Source of the DNA: Oceanispirochaeta sp. | GTDB lineage: Bacteria > Spirochaetota > Spirochaetia > DSM-2461 | DNA: 64,000 nucleotides | Direction of reading: 5' to 3' | Assembly: GCA_963666275.2 (NCBI GenBank) | Contig: CAXXOA010000002.1 | Coordinates: forward strand, 960,001-1,024,000 | Shown: positions 1-9,091 of the stretch, piece after piece | Layout: the number at the start of each line of letters is the position of its first letter | How positions within the stretch are numbered: the first letter of the stretch is position 1 | Notes under the pieces: generated by a model | Seen by the model: only the letters and a program-made list of their open reading frames with translations | The model's database searches: none | What the model was told of the DNA's origin: nothing | Position numbers and translations under genes: made by a program

Positions 1-1
1 C

Positions 2-169
2 AAAGCCAACTGGTCATTCAGGAGATTTTTACGGGCAGGAAAAACAGGTATCTATACAGAATGGCTATTAGTTTGTCTGGCTATGAATGCTGTTCATTTG
101 GGAAATAGATTATCCCGAGATGAAGTTGGTAATCCCTTCTATTATCAGATAAAGGATGAATCAGCATAG
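2..169 (+). mobile_element. 3' end of an IS1182-family-like DDE transposase (runs off the left edge)
   Basis: Frame 2 reads KANWSFRRFLRAGKTGIYTEWLLVCLAMNAVHLGNRLS...ESA*. This matches the K-x-N-x-x-FRRF-x-x-x-G...EW-x-L-x-x-LA-x-N C-terminal pattern of IS1182 transposases. Not in the ORF track. Confidence 0.75.
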
Positions 170-338
170 CTCTAAATCCATTTTTTAATAGATAATGTAT
201 AGTCTCAGGTGCATCACATAGGATAAGTGTCAGTAAATTACTAAACAAAATGGGAAATTATCAGAATTTTTATTACCAGAACAGAAGTTGTGATCTAAAT
301 AGTGATCAAAATAAAAAGAATTTGATTAATGAAAAAAA

Positions 339-372
339 GAGGCTGTCGCATTTTTACTTTTGCAACAGCCCC
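339..372. repeat. Probable IS right end, imperfect inverted repeat GAGGCTGTCGCA / TGCAACAGCCCC
   Basis: 12-bp arms with 2 mismatches around TTTTTACTTT, about 170 bp after the transposase stop. The ...TTTTGCAACAGCC end resembles IS1182-type termini. Confidence 0.6.
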
Positions 373-393
373 TTCTGCCTTTAATTGCGGATC

Positions 394-852
394 CTATTCA
401 TAGAAAGAGTACTGGGCTCTCATGGCGGCGGCCGCCCTCATCAGGGATACCCAGCTGGCAATGCCTTTGCCGTAGTAGGCTGCAAAATCCACAGCCGCAT
501 CTTCGGGTTCCACTTTCGGATCTTTTTCAAGCATGTAGTACCAGTGATTGGAAACAGCAAAAAGAAGCTGTCCTCTCGAATAGGCTGTAAAGGCTTTCTT
601 CACTTCCCACCAGTCGATCACATTGGCCAGGGGGGTGTAGACTTTTCCCTTCCATGAGGCAAAGGCTTCCTCCCAGGTGCTGGGAGTTCCGCTTTTTTCA
701 TCATTCAGGTATTTATGTACTTCCACGTGGTTTGTCAGTGCTTCCCACTGGGATTCTTCATTGAGTCCGAGATTTTCATCAGCCAGCTGCTGTTTTACAT
801 AAGCAATCTTTTCAAGTCTTTCAACTTCCAGTCTTTTTTCTTCGTTTGTCAT
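394..852 (-). CDS. Hypothetical protein, possibly DUF4032-like
   Basis: Start moved to ATG 852 (MTNEEK) behind a GGAGGAG SD. Pattern H-x-x-x-HKYL...WEEAFASW...VY-x-P...HWYY. Confidence 0.6.
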   Translation of the reverse strand: MTNEEKRLEVERLEKIAYVKQQLADENLGLNEESQWEALTNHVEVHKYLNDEKSGTPSTWEEAFASWKGKVYTPLANVIDWWEVKKAFTAYSRGQLLFAVSNHWYYMLEKDPKVEPEDAAVDFAAYYGKGIASWVSLMRAAAAMRAQYSFYE

Positions 853-1217
853 AAATCTCCTCCTGTTTCGGAGTTTTGTTTTTTGAGTGCCAGGCACTGT
901 TTAAAATCTTTATTAGTTAAACCTAATCCATCTTTTAAAAAAGATCAAGAAAAAACTTGACAAATATTAAAATCACCCCATTATGTTAAATTCTGGTTAA
1001 ATAGATTAAATGGTACTTAAGGTGTGGGTAATTTTTAAATATATAATGGGTAGATAATTAAGGTTTTTACGATGGGTTTTGGTCTGAGGGCGGGGCCGGA
1101 TTTTTAAAAAAAATATTTTTTTAAAATCATGGCAGCGGATCTGATACCTCTGATTGTGCAAGACTATTATTCATGATCTAATAGAAGCAGAAATCATGAT
1201 TATTCAGGAGATACGCT

Positions 1218-1532
1218 ATGTCCTCTTTTAGCAATGTCACGGTCGAAGTGGCCGCAAATATCTATTTTGACGGGAAAGTCACAAGCCGTAAGGTTCTCTT
1301 TCAGGACGGAACTTATAAAACTCTGGGAATTATGCTTCCCGGAGAGTATGAGTTTAATACTCAGAGTGAGGAACTCATGGAAATTACTAAGGGAGATCTT
1401 CTGGTCCTTATCAAGGGCGAAGAGGAATGGAAGGAAATTAAAGGGGGGGATTCTTTCAGGATTCCCGCCAACTCCTCTTTTCAGTTGAAGGTCAGCGGCG
1501 TGACCGATTACTGCTGTTCCTACTTCAACTGA
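1218..1532 (+). CDS. ppnP: Pyrimidine/purine nucleoside phosphorylase (DUF1255)
   Basis: 104 aa; ANIYFDGKVTSR, KTLGIMLPGEYEFNT, ELMEI, YCCSY; AGGAG SD. Confidence 0.93.
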   Translation: MSSFSNVTVEVAANIYFDGKVTSRKVLFQDGTYKTLGIMLPGEYEFNTQSEELMEITKGDLLVLIKGEEEWKEIKGGDSFRIPANSSFQLKVSGVTDYCCSYFN

Positions 1533-1534
1533 GT

Positions 1535-1574
1535 CTGTCAGGGAGCAGGGGGGGGCTATTCCCTGCTCCGGCAG
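1535..1574. terminator. GC-rich hairpin between convergent genes, likely terminator
   Basis: GGAGCAGGG...CCCTGCTCC stem between the ppnP stop and the end of the efflux operon. No clear U-tract. Confidence 0.55.
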
Positions 1575-1575
1575 A

Positions 1576-1857
1576 TTAATCCGCATTGGAACTGAACAGC
1601 TTCAATCCTTCTCTGGGAAAGCGTTCTTTGATTTCCTCAACCGCATCTTTCAGAAGAGCGGCCTCTTCTTCCTCACAGTAGATAATGATCATAACATTCT
1701 CTTCCGGCCAGATATGATCCCCCATTTTAGGGTCAGAATTTCCTGCCCCCATGATACCGGGGATCCTTGTGAATTTTTTTCCGGCCCCTCTTCTGTTGAT
1801 CGCTTCAAAAAGATCCGCTTCAATTGACTGATTGGCTACGATTTCTATGCGTTTCAA
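1576..1857 (-). CDS. PII-like transporter-associated protein (PG0541 family)
   Basis: 93 aa; G-x-G-x-x-x-P-x-x-G-x-x-x-WPEEN motif; 4-nt overlap with the RND permease stop. Confidence 0.8.
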   Translation of the reverse strand: MKRIEIVANQSIEADLFEAINRRGAGKKFTRIPGIMGAGNSDPKMGDHIWPEENVMIIIYCEEEEAALLKDAVEEIKERFPREGLKLFSSNAD

Positions 1858-4800
1858 TTTAAGTCCTCTCTCGGCTGGCGGGGCTGAAGGAAATCTTCGG
1901 CATCACTGCACTCGGCTTTTCGGTTGGTTTCATGTTTTCTGTTGAAAAGGGAGTAGAGAACAGGAACCAGGAAGAGAGTCATGATCGTGCTGACTGTCAT
2001 TCCCCCTACTACGGTCTGTCCCAGGGGCTGAACCAGTTCAGATCCTTCCCCGGGAAAGAACGCCATGGGAGTCATTCCCAGAATCGTGGTCAGGCTGGTC
2101 ATCAGTACCGGCCTGAGTCTGTTCCCTCCTGCTTCTATACAGGCATCCCGTATGCATAATCCCCTCTCCCGCAGAAGGTTGGTATAGTCTACCAGAACGA
2201 TCCCGTTGTTCACGACAATTCCCGCCAGCATTACCAGGCCGACAGCCGAAAACATACTGATGGTTTCTCCTGTAATTTTATAGATGAATATGATCCCTAT
2301 AAACATGAGCGGGATGGTGAAGAAAATGATAAATGGGTCTCTCAGGGATTCGAACTGGCTGGCCATGACTCCGAATACAAGAACCACTGCAATGATCATT
2401 ACCACAATGAACTTGAACAGATAGGACTGGATTTCCGCATAGTCTCCACTGAAATCGATCACCACCGATTCGTCAGCTACGATATTTTCCGAAATAAGCT
2501 GGCGGACCTTGCTCTCCACCTCATTGGTGGCATAGCCCGGCTTGAGGCCTCCTGTGACGTGGACGACTCTCGTCTGATCCTCCCGGGAAATATCCACCGG
2601 GCCGGAGGATTTCCTCAGGCTGGCCACGCTGGACAGGGGAATCCGGATCCCGCTGCTGTTGATCATGAATATCTTCTGCAGATCCGGAATAGCGCTGCGG
2701 TCGGCTTTATCAAGGATCACCAGGATATCGTACTCATCGCCCCCCACGCGGTACCGGGAGGATGTCTTACCATCCACATTGGCGCTGATCTCGTTTCCAA
2801 TATCGTAGATGCTCAGTCCCAGGGAGTAGGCTTTGTCCCTGTCCACATCCACTTCCACCTGGGGAAGTCCCTCTACGAGGCTGACTTCAGGTTCTGTCAC
2901 TTCCGGGGCTTCCTGTTTCAGGAGTTCCCGTATTTTATCTGCCGTTTCCTTTGCCAGCACCAGGTCGTCCGTTTTAATCACAATATCAATAGGTGAGGCG
3001 CTTCCGCCCATGTTGTTGGCCGACCCGAAAGAGAAGGACGCCGAGGGGAAGCTGTTGAAATGGCTCCGCAGTTTCTCTTTGATCTCGTCATTGCTTTCCG
3101 AGCGCAGATCGTAATCTTTGAGAGTCAGGGTCAGAGTGCCTTTGCTGCTGTCCTCTCCCGATAGGAAATTTCCGCTGGAACCGGTGGCCACAATAAGCTC
3201 ATCCAGGCTCAGGATCTCCTCTTCAATGATCTGAGCCATCTGCATCATATACTCCTGGGTTATGTCCAGGCGGGTTCCTACAGGCATGGTAAGGGACACC
3301 ACGATGGAATCCTCTTCGCTGGTGGGCATGAAGTCGATGCCGATGCTGGGGAACATCAGAATGCTTATCGCAAAAATCATGATGGTAATTACAAGGGTCA
3401 GGCCTCTGTTTTCCAGGCAGTAGGCCAGCAGCTTTTTATAGCCGTTGTCCATTCCTGTAAAAAAACTTTCCATGGCGCTGTCTATTATTCTGAGCTGACG
3501 GAATCTGACAGGTCTCTGCTTTCTTGTATGAATCGCCAGGTATTTGCTTGCCAGGACCGGCACCAGGGTGATGGCGATCAGCAGAGAGGCCAGAAGGGCA
3601 ATCACTATGGTGAAGGCCAGATCCTGAAAAAGGACGCCGATCATCTCCAGTTCTTTTTTAAACATAATCACAGGTAGAAAGACACAGACCGTTGTCAGGG
3701 TGGATGCCATGATGGCCATGAACATCTCCTGGGTTCCCAGAATGGCCGAAGGCTTCAGTTTGGCCCCTTTCTCCCTGTAGCGGAAAATATTTTCCAGGAT
3801 CACAATAGAGGAGTCTACAATCATTCCCACCCCCAGTGTGAGTCCTGCCAGGGTCATCAGATTCAGGGTCATTCCGGAGAAATACATAAGCATGATGGTG
3901 ATCAGCAGGGAAATGGGAATGGATAAACCGATTATCAGAGTACTCTTCAGGCTCCTGAGAAAGATAAAAAGGATGATCATGGCCAGGATGGCTCCTGTAA
4001 GCGCCGATGAAGTCACCTGGTTCAGAGAACCCCTGATTATATCTGTCGTGTTGTTGATCACTGTGACTGACATATCCTGGGGAAGGCTGCTGTTTATCTT
4101 CTCAAGGCTCTCCAGTACCATATCCGCCGTTTCTATGGAGTTCACTCCGCTCTGTTTCTGTATGGATATGTACACTCCCGGTTCCCCGTTGATGAACACT
4201 GTGGATGAGGCGTCTCTGAAGCCTTCCTGAACCGTCGCTATATCCCGGAGGCGGATCGTTTTGCTGACGCCTCCGCTCATTTTGTAGGTGACAACCGCAT
4301 TGGAGATCTCTTCCAGGCTGCGGTATTCTCCGGCGGTCCGGATCAGGTACTTTTTCGTTCCCTCCTCGACGTTTCCCGCTCCGATCTGAAGATTCTGTAC
4401 CGAAAGCATCTGAGACACCTGGGTGAGACTCAAGCCGTAGGCTTCCAGCCTGTTCTGGGAGATCTCCACCCGGACAACTTTCTCCCTTCCCCCGTTGATG
4501 TAGGTCATGGCGACTCCGGGAACCTGCTCCAGATAGGGCTGTATCTGGTCCTCCGCGATCTCTCTGAGCTCTTCGGGGGTTCTGTTCCCGTTGACCACCA
4601 GATCGATGATGGGAATCATGGCAGGGTCGAATTTAAAAATCTGGGTGGCTCCTGCTTCATCGGGAAGGGCGTCTTTTATGAACTCCAGTTTGTCCCTGAC
4701 TTCGTTGGACGCTTCGGTCAGGTCCGTGTCCCATCCGAATTCCAGGAGTATAAAACTGATCCCCTCGGAAGAGGTGGAGGAAATTTCTTTCACGTCCGAA

Positions 4801-5021
4801 ACATTGGTCATCATCCCCTCCAGGGGGCGGGTAACCGTCTGTTCTATCTCTTCGGGTCCGGCGCCGTTATAGCTTGTATAGACCACAAGGATAGGCGGAT
4901 TGATCTCAGGATAGAGATCTATGGGAATCTGCGGGACAATATAGAGACCCAGTCCCACCAGGATGGAAAAGAGGATCAGTATGGTTGTGGGTTTATTGAC
5001 TATGGTTTTGGAAATGCTCAT
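1854..5021 (-). CDS. RND efflux permease (AcrB/HAE1 family)
   Basis: 1055 aa; GMIVDSSIVILENI, GIVVNNGIVLVD, RLRPVLMTSLTTILGMTP; two large periplasmic loops. Confidence 0.96.
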   Translation of the reverse strand: MSISKTIVNKPTTILILFSILVGLGLYIVPQIPIDLYPEINPPILVVYTSYNGAGPEEIEQTVTRPLEGMMTNVSDVKEISSTSSEGISFILLEFGWDTDLTEASNEVRDKLEFIKDALPDEAGATQIFKFDPAMIPIIDLVVNGNRTPEELREIAEDQIQPYLEQVPGVAMTYINGGREKVVRVEISQNRLEAYGLSLTQVSQMLSVQNLQIGAGNVEEGTKKYLIRTAGEYRSLEEISNAVVTYKMSGGVSKTIRLRDIATVQEGFRDASSTVFINGEPGVYISIQKQSGVNSIETADMVLESLEKINSSLPQDMSVTVINNTTDIIRGSLNQVTSSALTGAILAMIILFIFLRSLKSTLIIGLSIPISLLITIMLMYFSGMTLNLMTLAGLTLGVGMIVDSSIVILENIFRYREKGAKLKPSAILGTQEMFMAIMASTLTTVCVFLPVIMFKKELEMIGVLFQDLAFTIVIALLASLLIAITLVPVLASKYLAIHTRKQRPVRFRQLRIIDSAMESFFTGMDNGYKKLLAYCLENRGLTLVITIMIFAISILMFPSIGIDFMPTSEEDSIVVSLTMPVGTRLDITQEYMMQMAQIIEEEILSLDELIVATGSSGNFLSGEDSSKGTLTLTLKDYDLRSESNDEIKEKLRSHFNSFPSASFSFGSANNMGGSASPIDIVIKTDDLVLAKETADKIRELLKQEAPEVTEPEVSLVEGLPQVEVDVDRDKAYSLGLSIYDIGNEISANVDGKTSSRYRVGGDEYDILVILDKADRSAIPDLQKIFMINSSGIRIPLSSVASLRKSSGPVDISREDQTRVVHVTGGLKPGYATNEVESKVRQLISENIVADESVVIDFSGDYAEIQSYLFKFIVVMIIAVVLVFGVMASQFESLRDPFIIFFTIPLMFIGIIFIYKITGETISMFSAVGLVMLAGIVVNNGIVLVDYTNLLRERGLCIRDACIEAGGNRLRPVLMTSLTTILGMTPMAFFPGEGSELVQPLGQTVVGGMTVSTIMTLFLVPVLYSLFNRKHETNRKAECSDAEDFLQPRQPREDLN

Positions 5022-5031
5022 AAAACCTGTC

Positions 5032-5997
5032 CTAACGGAGGGGCTGAACCGACCGGATCACTTTGACCCGGGCCTGGTCATCCAGCAGTGTCTGTCCCTG
5101 GTATACCATGGATTCTCCCTGCTTCAGTCCCTCCACAATCTCGGATATCCCGTCTATGCTGATCCCTTCTCTGATCAGTCGTTTGGATACGGAATCTTCA
5201 GTGTCCAGAACAAAAACGAATTTCTCTCCGAACCGGTCCAGGATGCAGTCCGAGGGAATCTTGACGATCTCCTCTTTGACCTGTGTGATCAGGCTGATTT
5301 CTGCATACATGCCCGCCTTGATCCGGGGATCCCGGGTTGCCAGGTCCATGGTTATCTCCAGGGTCCGGGAAACAGGGTCCACAATGGGGCTGATCTCTGT
5401 GACCACCGCCTTGAAGATCTCCCCGGGATAGGCTTCCAGGGTGATTCCCGCTTCCATTCCCATGGAAAGGCGGGAGATAAAACGCTCGGGGATGAATGTC
5501 CTTACCTGGAGCTGGCTGAGCTCTCCGATCTCTGCAACGGGGAGCTGGGGGCTCACAGTTGAGCCTATATCAATGGGGAGGGAGGTAATGGTTCCGCTGA
5601 TCGCCGCTTTTACAGGGTTGGCCGAATAGGTCATCCCGGGGCGCGAAGGATCCACTTCCGCTATGATCTGGTTTTTCCTGACATAGTCGCCCAGGCCTGC
5701 AAAGAGTCTGGTGAGTTTTCCCGATGTGTCGGGATAGACCGAGACGGAACTGGCAGCAACAATGTCTCCGTTCACATCCAGATGATCCCGGATCTGTCCG
5801 GAGACCGCCTGGGTTGTAGTCACAGCAAAGACTGTTTCCCCCTCTTCCTGCTCTATGCCGCCCCGTTTGCGGGGGCCTTCTTTTCCGCTGCTCACCATTG
5901 TAAAAACAAGGTATCCCGCGGCTGCGATCAGAGCGAGCAGAATGATCAGGAATACCTTCCGGCCGGGGTGTTTCTTCTTTGTTTCTTCAGAGGTCAT
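5032..5997 (-). CDS. RND membrane fusion protein (periplasmic adaptor)
   Basis: N-terminal TM anchor; lipoyl-like halves GDYVRKNQ and VKAAISGTI; ISPIVDPVSRT; KAGMYA. Confidence 0.93.
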   Translation of the reverse strand: MTSEETKKKHPGRKVFLIILLALIAAAGYLVFTMVSSGKEGPRKRGGIEQEEGETVFAVTTTQAVSGQIRDHLDVNGDIVAASSVSVYPDTSGKLTRLFAGLGDYVRKNQIIAEVDPSRPGMTYSANPVKAAISGTITSLPIDIGSTVSPQLPVAEIGELSQLQVRTFIPERFISRLSMGMEAGITLEAYPGEIFKAVVTEISPIVDPVSRTLEITMDLATRDPRIKAGMYAEISLITQVKEEIVKIPSDCILDRFGEKFVFVLDTEDSVSKRLIREGISIDGISEIVEGLKQGESMVYQGQTLLDDQARVKVIRSVQPLR

Positions 5998-7340
5998 CTT
6001 TCCTCCAGGGCATCTGACAGGTTTTCCGCATTAATCGCATATTGCAGGTCCTGCAGATTGTTGATGTAGTTGATTTTCTCTCTCAGTATATTCAGCGATG
6101 CCGACAGATAGGATTCCTGTGCGGTTTCCACATCCAGGAGTTCCCTGGTGCCCAGGTTGTAGGCTTCTGTGGTCAGTTCAAAGGACTTTCTGGCCAGTTC
6201 CTCATTCAGACCGTAGGTCTCGATGGTATTCCTGGAGTTTTCAAGGCTCATTACCAGGCTGGTTATCTCCATGGCCGCCTGATCGTAAAGAGCCTCTTTC
6301 TGAAGGAGGAGGCTTTCAATCTGGTCGTCAAAGGTTTTGAGGGTTACCGCTGTGGTCGAGCCGGGGATAAAACCGTCCAGGGGGATCCCTATCTGTACGC
6401 CCATGGTCAGGTTGTCGATCCAGGTGCCTTCTTTCCAATTCTCCGATTCCATGGGTTCGTCAACAGAGGTTCCCCAGTTGGAGTAAAGGGAGAGCGTGGG
6501 TGTTCTGTTGTACTCGGACTGGAGTTTCCTTGTGTTCCTTAAAGACTCAATCTGTTTATCCAGCCGGATCAGGTCCATCCTTCCCGCTGTGTAGGAATCG
6601 ATCAGCTCCTGTGCATCCAGGGAGTAATAGGTCAGGTCATTCAGATCGCCCTCCAGGGAGATCTCTGCATCCAGGGGAAGACCCAGCAGCAACTTCAGGC
6701 TCATCTTGCTGTTTTCATACTGGGTCAGCAGGTCGTTGAGGGCGGGTTTTTCATTCTCTACAGAGACCTGCGCCTGGAGCATGTCCAGTTCAGAGATCAG
6801 CCCGTTGCTGTAGTTTTCTCTCGCCTGGATGTAGCGTTTTTCCGCTACTTCGATATTGAACCTCTTCAGTTCTATATTGGATCCCATGGCAAGGAGGTTG
6901 TAGAAAAGTTTCCGCACATCCCGGCTCAGCTTTTTCACGGCATCCTCATATCCCAGCATACTTTCCTGGTAGTCTATGATCGTCTGCCGGATGCCAGTAG
7001 CTGCTGCCGCATTGAGCGGGAGGTTCAGACTGAGGCCGGCTTTCATATTCCAGGCAGGATCATACATGTCCGGATACAGGGGGTTGGGAGTAGGGTCGGA
7101 CAGTAGGGTTCTGCTGTGACCCAGATCAACTGAACCGTTGATCGAAGGGATAAAGACATTCCAGGCGGTGTCCCGGTCCCGCCTTTTTGTTTCTGTTTCA
7201 ATGGTTGTCATTTTCAGGTTCAGATTGCTTTCCACAGCCAGAGTCACTGCTTTCTCAACGGAGATATAATACTCTTCAGCCATGAGGGAAAAATTCAAAA
7301 GCAGAATGGACAGGGCAATGAAAAATACTGCGGGTTTCAT
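5994..7340 (-). CDS. TolC-family outer membrane efflux channel
   Basis: Signal peptide; duplicated YSNGLISELDMLQAQ / YNLGTRELLDVETAQ motifs; first gene of the efflux operon. Confidence 0.9.
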   Translation of the reverse strand: MKPAVFFIALSILLLNFSLMAEEYYISVEKAVTLAVESNLNLKMTTIETETKRRDRDTAWNVFIPSINGSVDLGHSRTLLSDPTPNPLYPDMYDPAWNMKAGLSLNLPLNAAAATGIRQTIIDYQESMLGYEDAVKKLSRDVRKLFYNLLAMGSNIELKRFNIEVAEKRYIQARENYSNGLISELDMLQAQVSVENEKPALNDLLTQYENSKMSLKLLLGLPLDAEISLEGDLNDLTYYSLDAQELIDSYTAGRMDLIRLDKQIESLRNTRKLQSEYNRTPTLSLYSNWGTSVDEPMESENWKEGTWIDNLTMGVQIGIPLDGFIPGSTTAVTLKTFDDQIESLLLQKEALYDQAAMEITSLVMSLENSRNTIETYGLNEELARKSFELTTEAYNLGTRELLDVETAQESYLSASLNILREKINYINNLQDLQYAINAENLSDALEER

Positions 7341-7601
7341 AGGCTCTTTACTCCTCGGTTGTTGTCGGATCGTATAGGGACCGGAAGCAGGAGAAGGGGT
7401 TGAACAGAAAAGCCTGTGCGGTTCTTCCCGCGAGCTTCCGGATATCGGATCACCGGTTTATCTTTTAGTTATAACATATTTTAAAAGAAAATCTGTCGGG
7501 AATCGGTGAATCTTTTTTACGGGAGCCCTGAGAGCGATTCCTCCAGACCTGCATCCGGAGGAAATAAGTTAAAAGGACTTGGGGTGCCGGAGGATTCCGG
7601 G

Positions 7602-8573
7602 TTAAGTAAGCTGTTCCTCAAAGAGAGAGAGTATTCTGTTTCTGGCCGTTTCCATAGGCATCTCCACGGAACATCCGGCGGCTTTTCTGTGGCCGCCGCC
7701 GCCCAGTTCCGCTGCGATTCTGCCCACATCCACATGGTTGTTAGAGCGTAAACCGATAATGCAGCGTTCGGGAGTCTCCATACGAAGAAGCGCAACGGCT
7801 TCACAGCCTTCAATACTCTGGAGGAGCTGATAGAGTTTGTCCGAATCCCTTTCATCGGTCCCCAGCTCTTCTCTGTCTTTCCCGTCTTCCCAGGACAGGA
7901 CAATTCTGCCGTTACAGTACAATCGGCTGCGTTCCAGGATGCGGCCCATCAGCCGCCGTGTGGCCAGCTGGCGCCCTCCGGACATCATTTTATAGGTCCT
8001 ATTGGGTGACGCCCCCTGTTTTACGAGGGTGGATACGGCCTGGAACACCTCCTGTGTGCTCTCTTCCAGATGCCTGAAAAAGCCTGTATCCGTGGAAAAA
8101 CCGAAGAAAAGGAGTTCCGCCGTTTCTTTATCCGGTTCGATCCCAGCGGCTTCCCATATCTTCAGCACCAGCAGGGTGGTGGAAGGACTGCGGGGATCGA
8201 CATAGCGGTATCTGCCTTCAGGCTTTCCCGAATCGTGATGGTCTATAACCATCAGGGGGTACTGGCGGATCTTCTCCAGGGAAAAACCGGTGCGCTCCGG
8301 GTCGGACAGGTCCAGCAGGACGAGGAGTGTTTTCCCGTCATTCTCATGGTTCCATTCCGCAGAAAACCGGTTCTCCAGATAAAGTGTCTCCGGGCGGGTA
8401 AATGGTTTCTGCGCTAGGAGGGTTACTTTTTTGTTCTGTTTTTCCAGGAAGGAAGCCAGACCCAGCATGGAACAGAGACAGTCCGCATCGGGCTGCTCAT
8501 GTCCCAGAAGTATAAAGTGTTCATACGAAGAGAACCCCTCCAGAAAATCGGAGGGGACGGGTGAGAATTTCAT
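7602..8573 (-). CDS. nrnA: DHH/DHHA1 phosphoesterase (oligoribonuclease/pAp phosphatase NrnA type)
   Basis: GHEQPDADC, VIDHH, TDTGFF, GGGGHRKAAG motifs. Confidence 0.9.
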   Translation of the reverse strand: MKFSPVPSDFLEGFSSYEHFILLGHEQPDADCLCSMLGLASFLEKQNKKVTLLAQKPFTRPETLYLENRFSAEWNHENDGKTLLVLLDLSDPERTGFSLEKIRQYPLMVIDHHDSGKPEGRYRYVDPRSPSTTLLVLKIWEAAGIEPDKETAELLFFGFSTDTGFFRHLEESTQEVFQAVSTLVKQGASPNRTYKMMSGGRQLATRRLMGRILERSRLYCNGRIVLSWEDGKDREELGTDERDSDKLYQLLQSIEGCEAVALLRMETPERCIIGLRSNNHVDVGRIAAELGGGGHRKAAGCSVEMPMETARNRILSLFEEQLT

Positions 8574-8587
8574 GAATGATCCTGATT

Positions 8588-8989
8588 TCAGTATTCTATG
8601 GTCAATTCACTGACACTGAACTGTTCTGTGTAGTCGTCTCCTCTGAGAACGCCCCAGCTCACATCATTGAAGTTGCTGACCAGATAGAGACGGAAATGAC
8701 TTATCTTGCCGTCTTTGTAGTAAAAGGTTGCATAAGGATACTGAGCCCCTTCTCCGTAGACAATCTCGGCATAGCCGGCGGCTTTTTTAAACCATTCATT
8801 GGGAGCATAAAATGTTCCCACCGTTCTGTTCGCCTTGATATAGTCAACGCGGTAACCCAGTTCGTGGGGGTATACCCGGTTAATTGCCATCGTCTTGGGG
8901 TAGTATTCGGATGAGGTAACTTCCGCAAACAGGAAAGTTCCGCATAATATTGTTAAAAGAACTGTCAGCACAGCTGCTCTTTTTTTCAT
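8588..8989 (-). CDS. Secreted hypothetical protein
   Basis: Signal peptide MKKRAAVLTVLLTILCGTFLFA; AAGGAGG SD; aromatic-rich mature part. Confidence 0.8.
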   Translation of the reverse strand: MKKRAAVLTVLLTILCGTFLFAEVTSSEYYPKTMAINRVYPHELGYRVDYIKANRTVGTFYAPNEWFKKAAGYAEIVYGEGAQYPYATFYYKDGKISHFRLYLVSNFNDVSWGVLRGDDYTEQFSVSELTIEY

Positions 8990-9091
8990 GGACACAGGCC
9001 TCCTTAAATTCCAGTAGCTCTATTCCATTTATAATAGATAATTACCTTTATGGCAATGAAGTTTTTATTTCCCTTTCAGATATCCGGCGAT

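Noticed and set aside
1099..1128. AT-rich palindrome upstream of ppnP
   Set aside because: Made almost entirely of A and T homopolymer runs; too low in complexity to call an operator.
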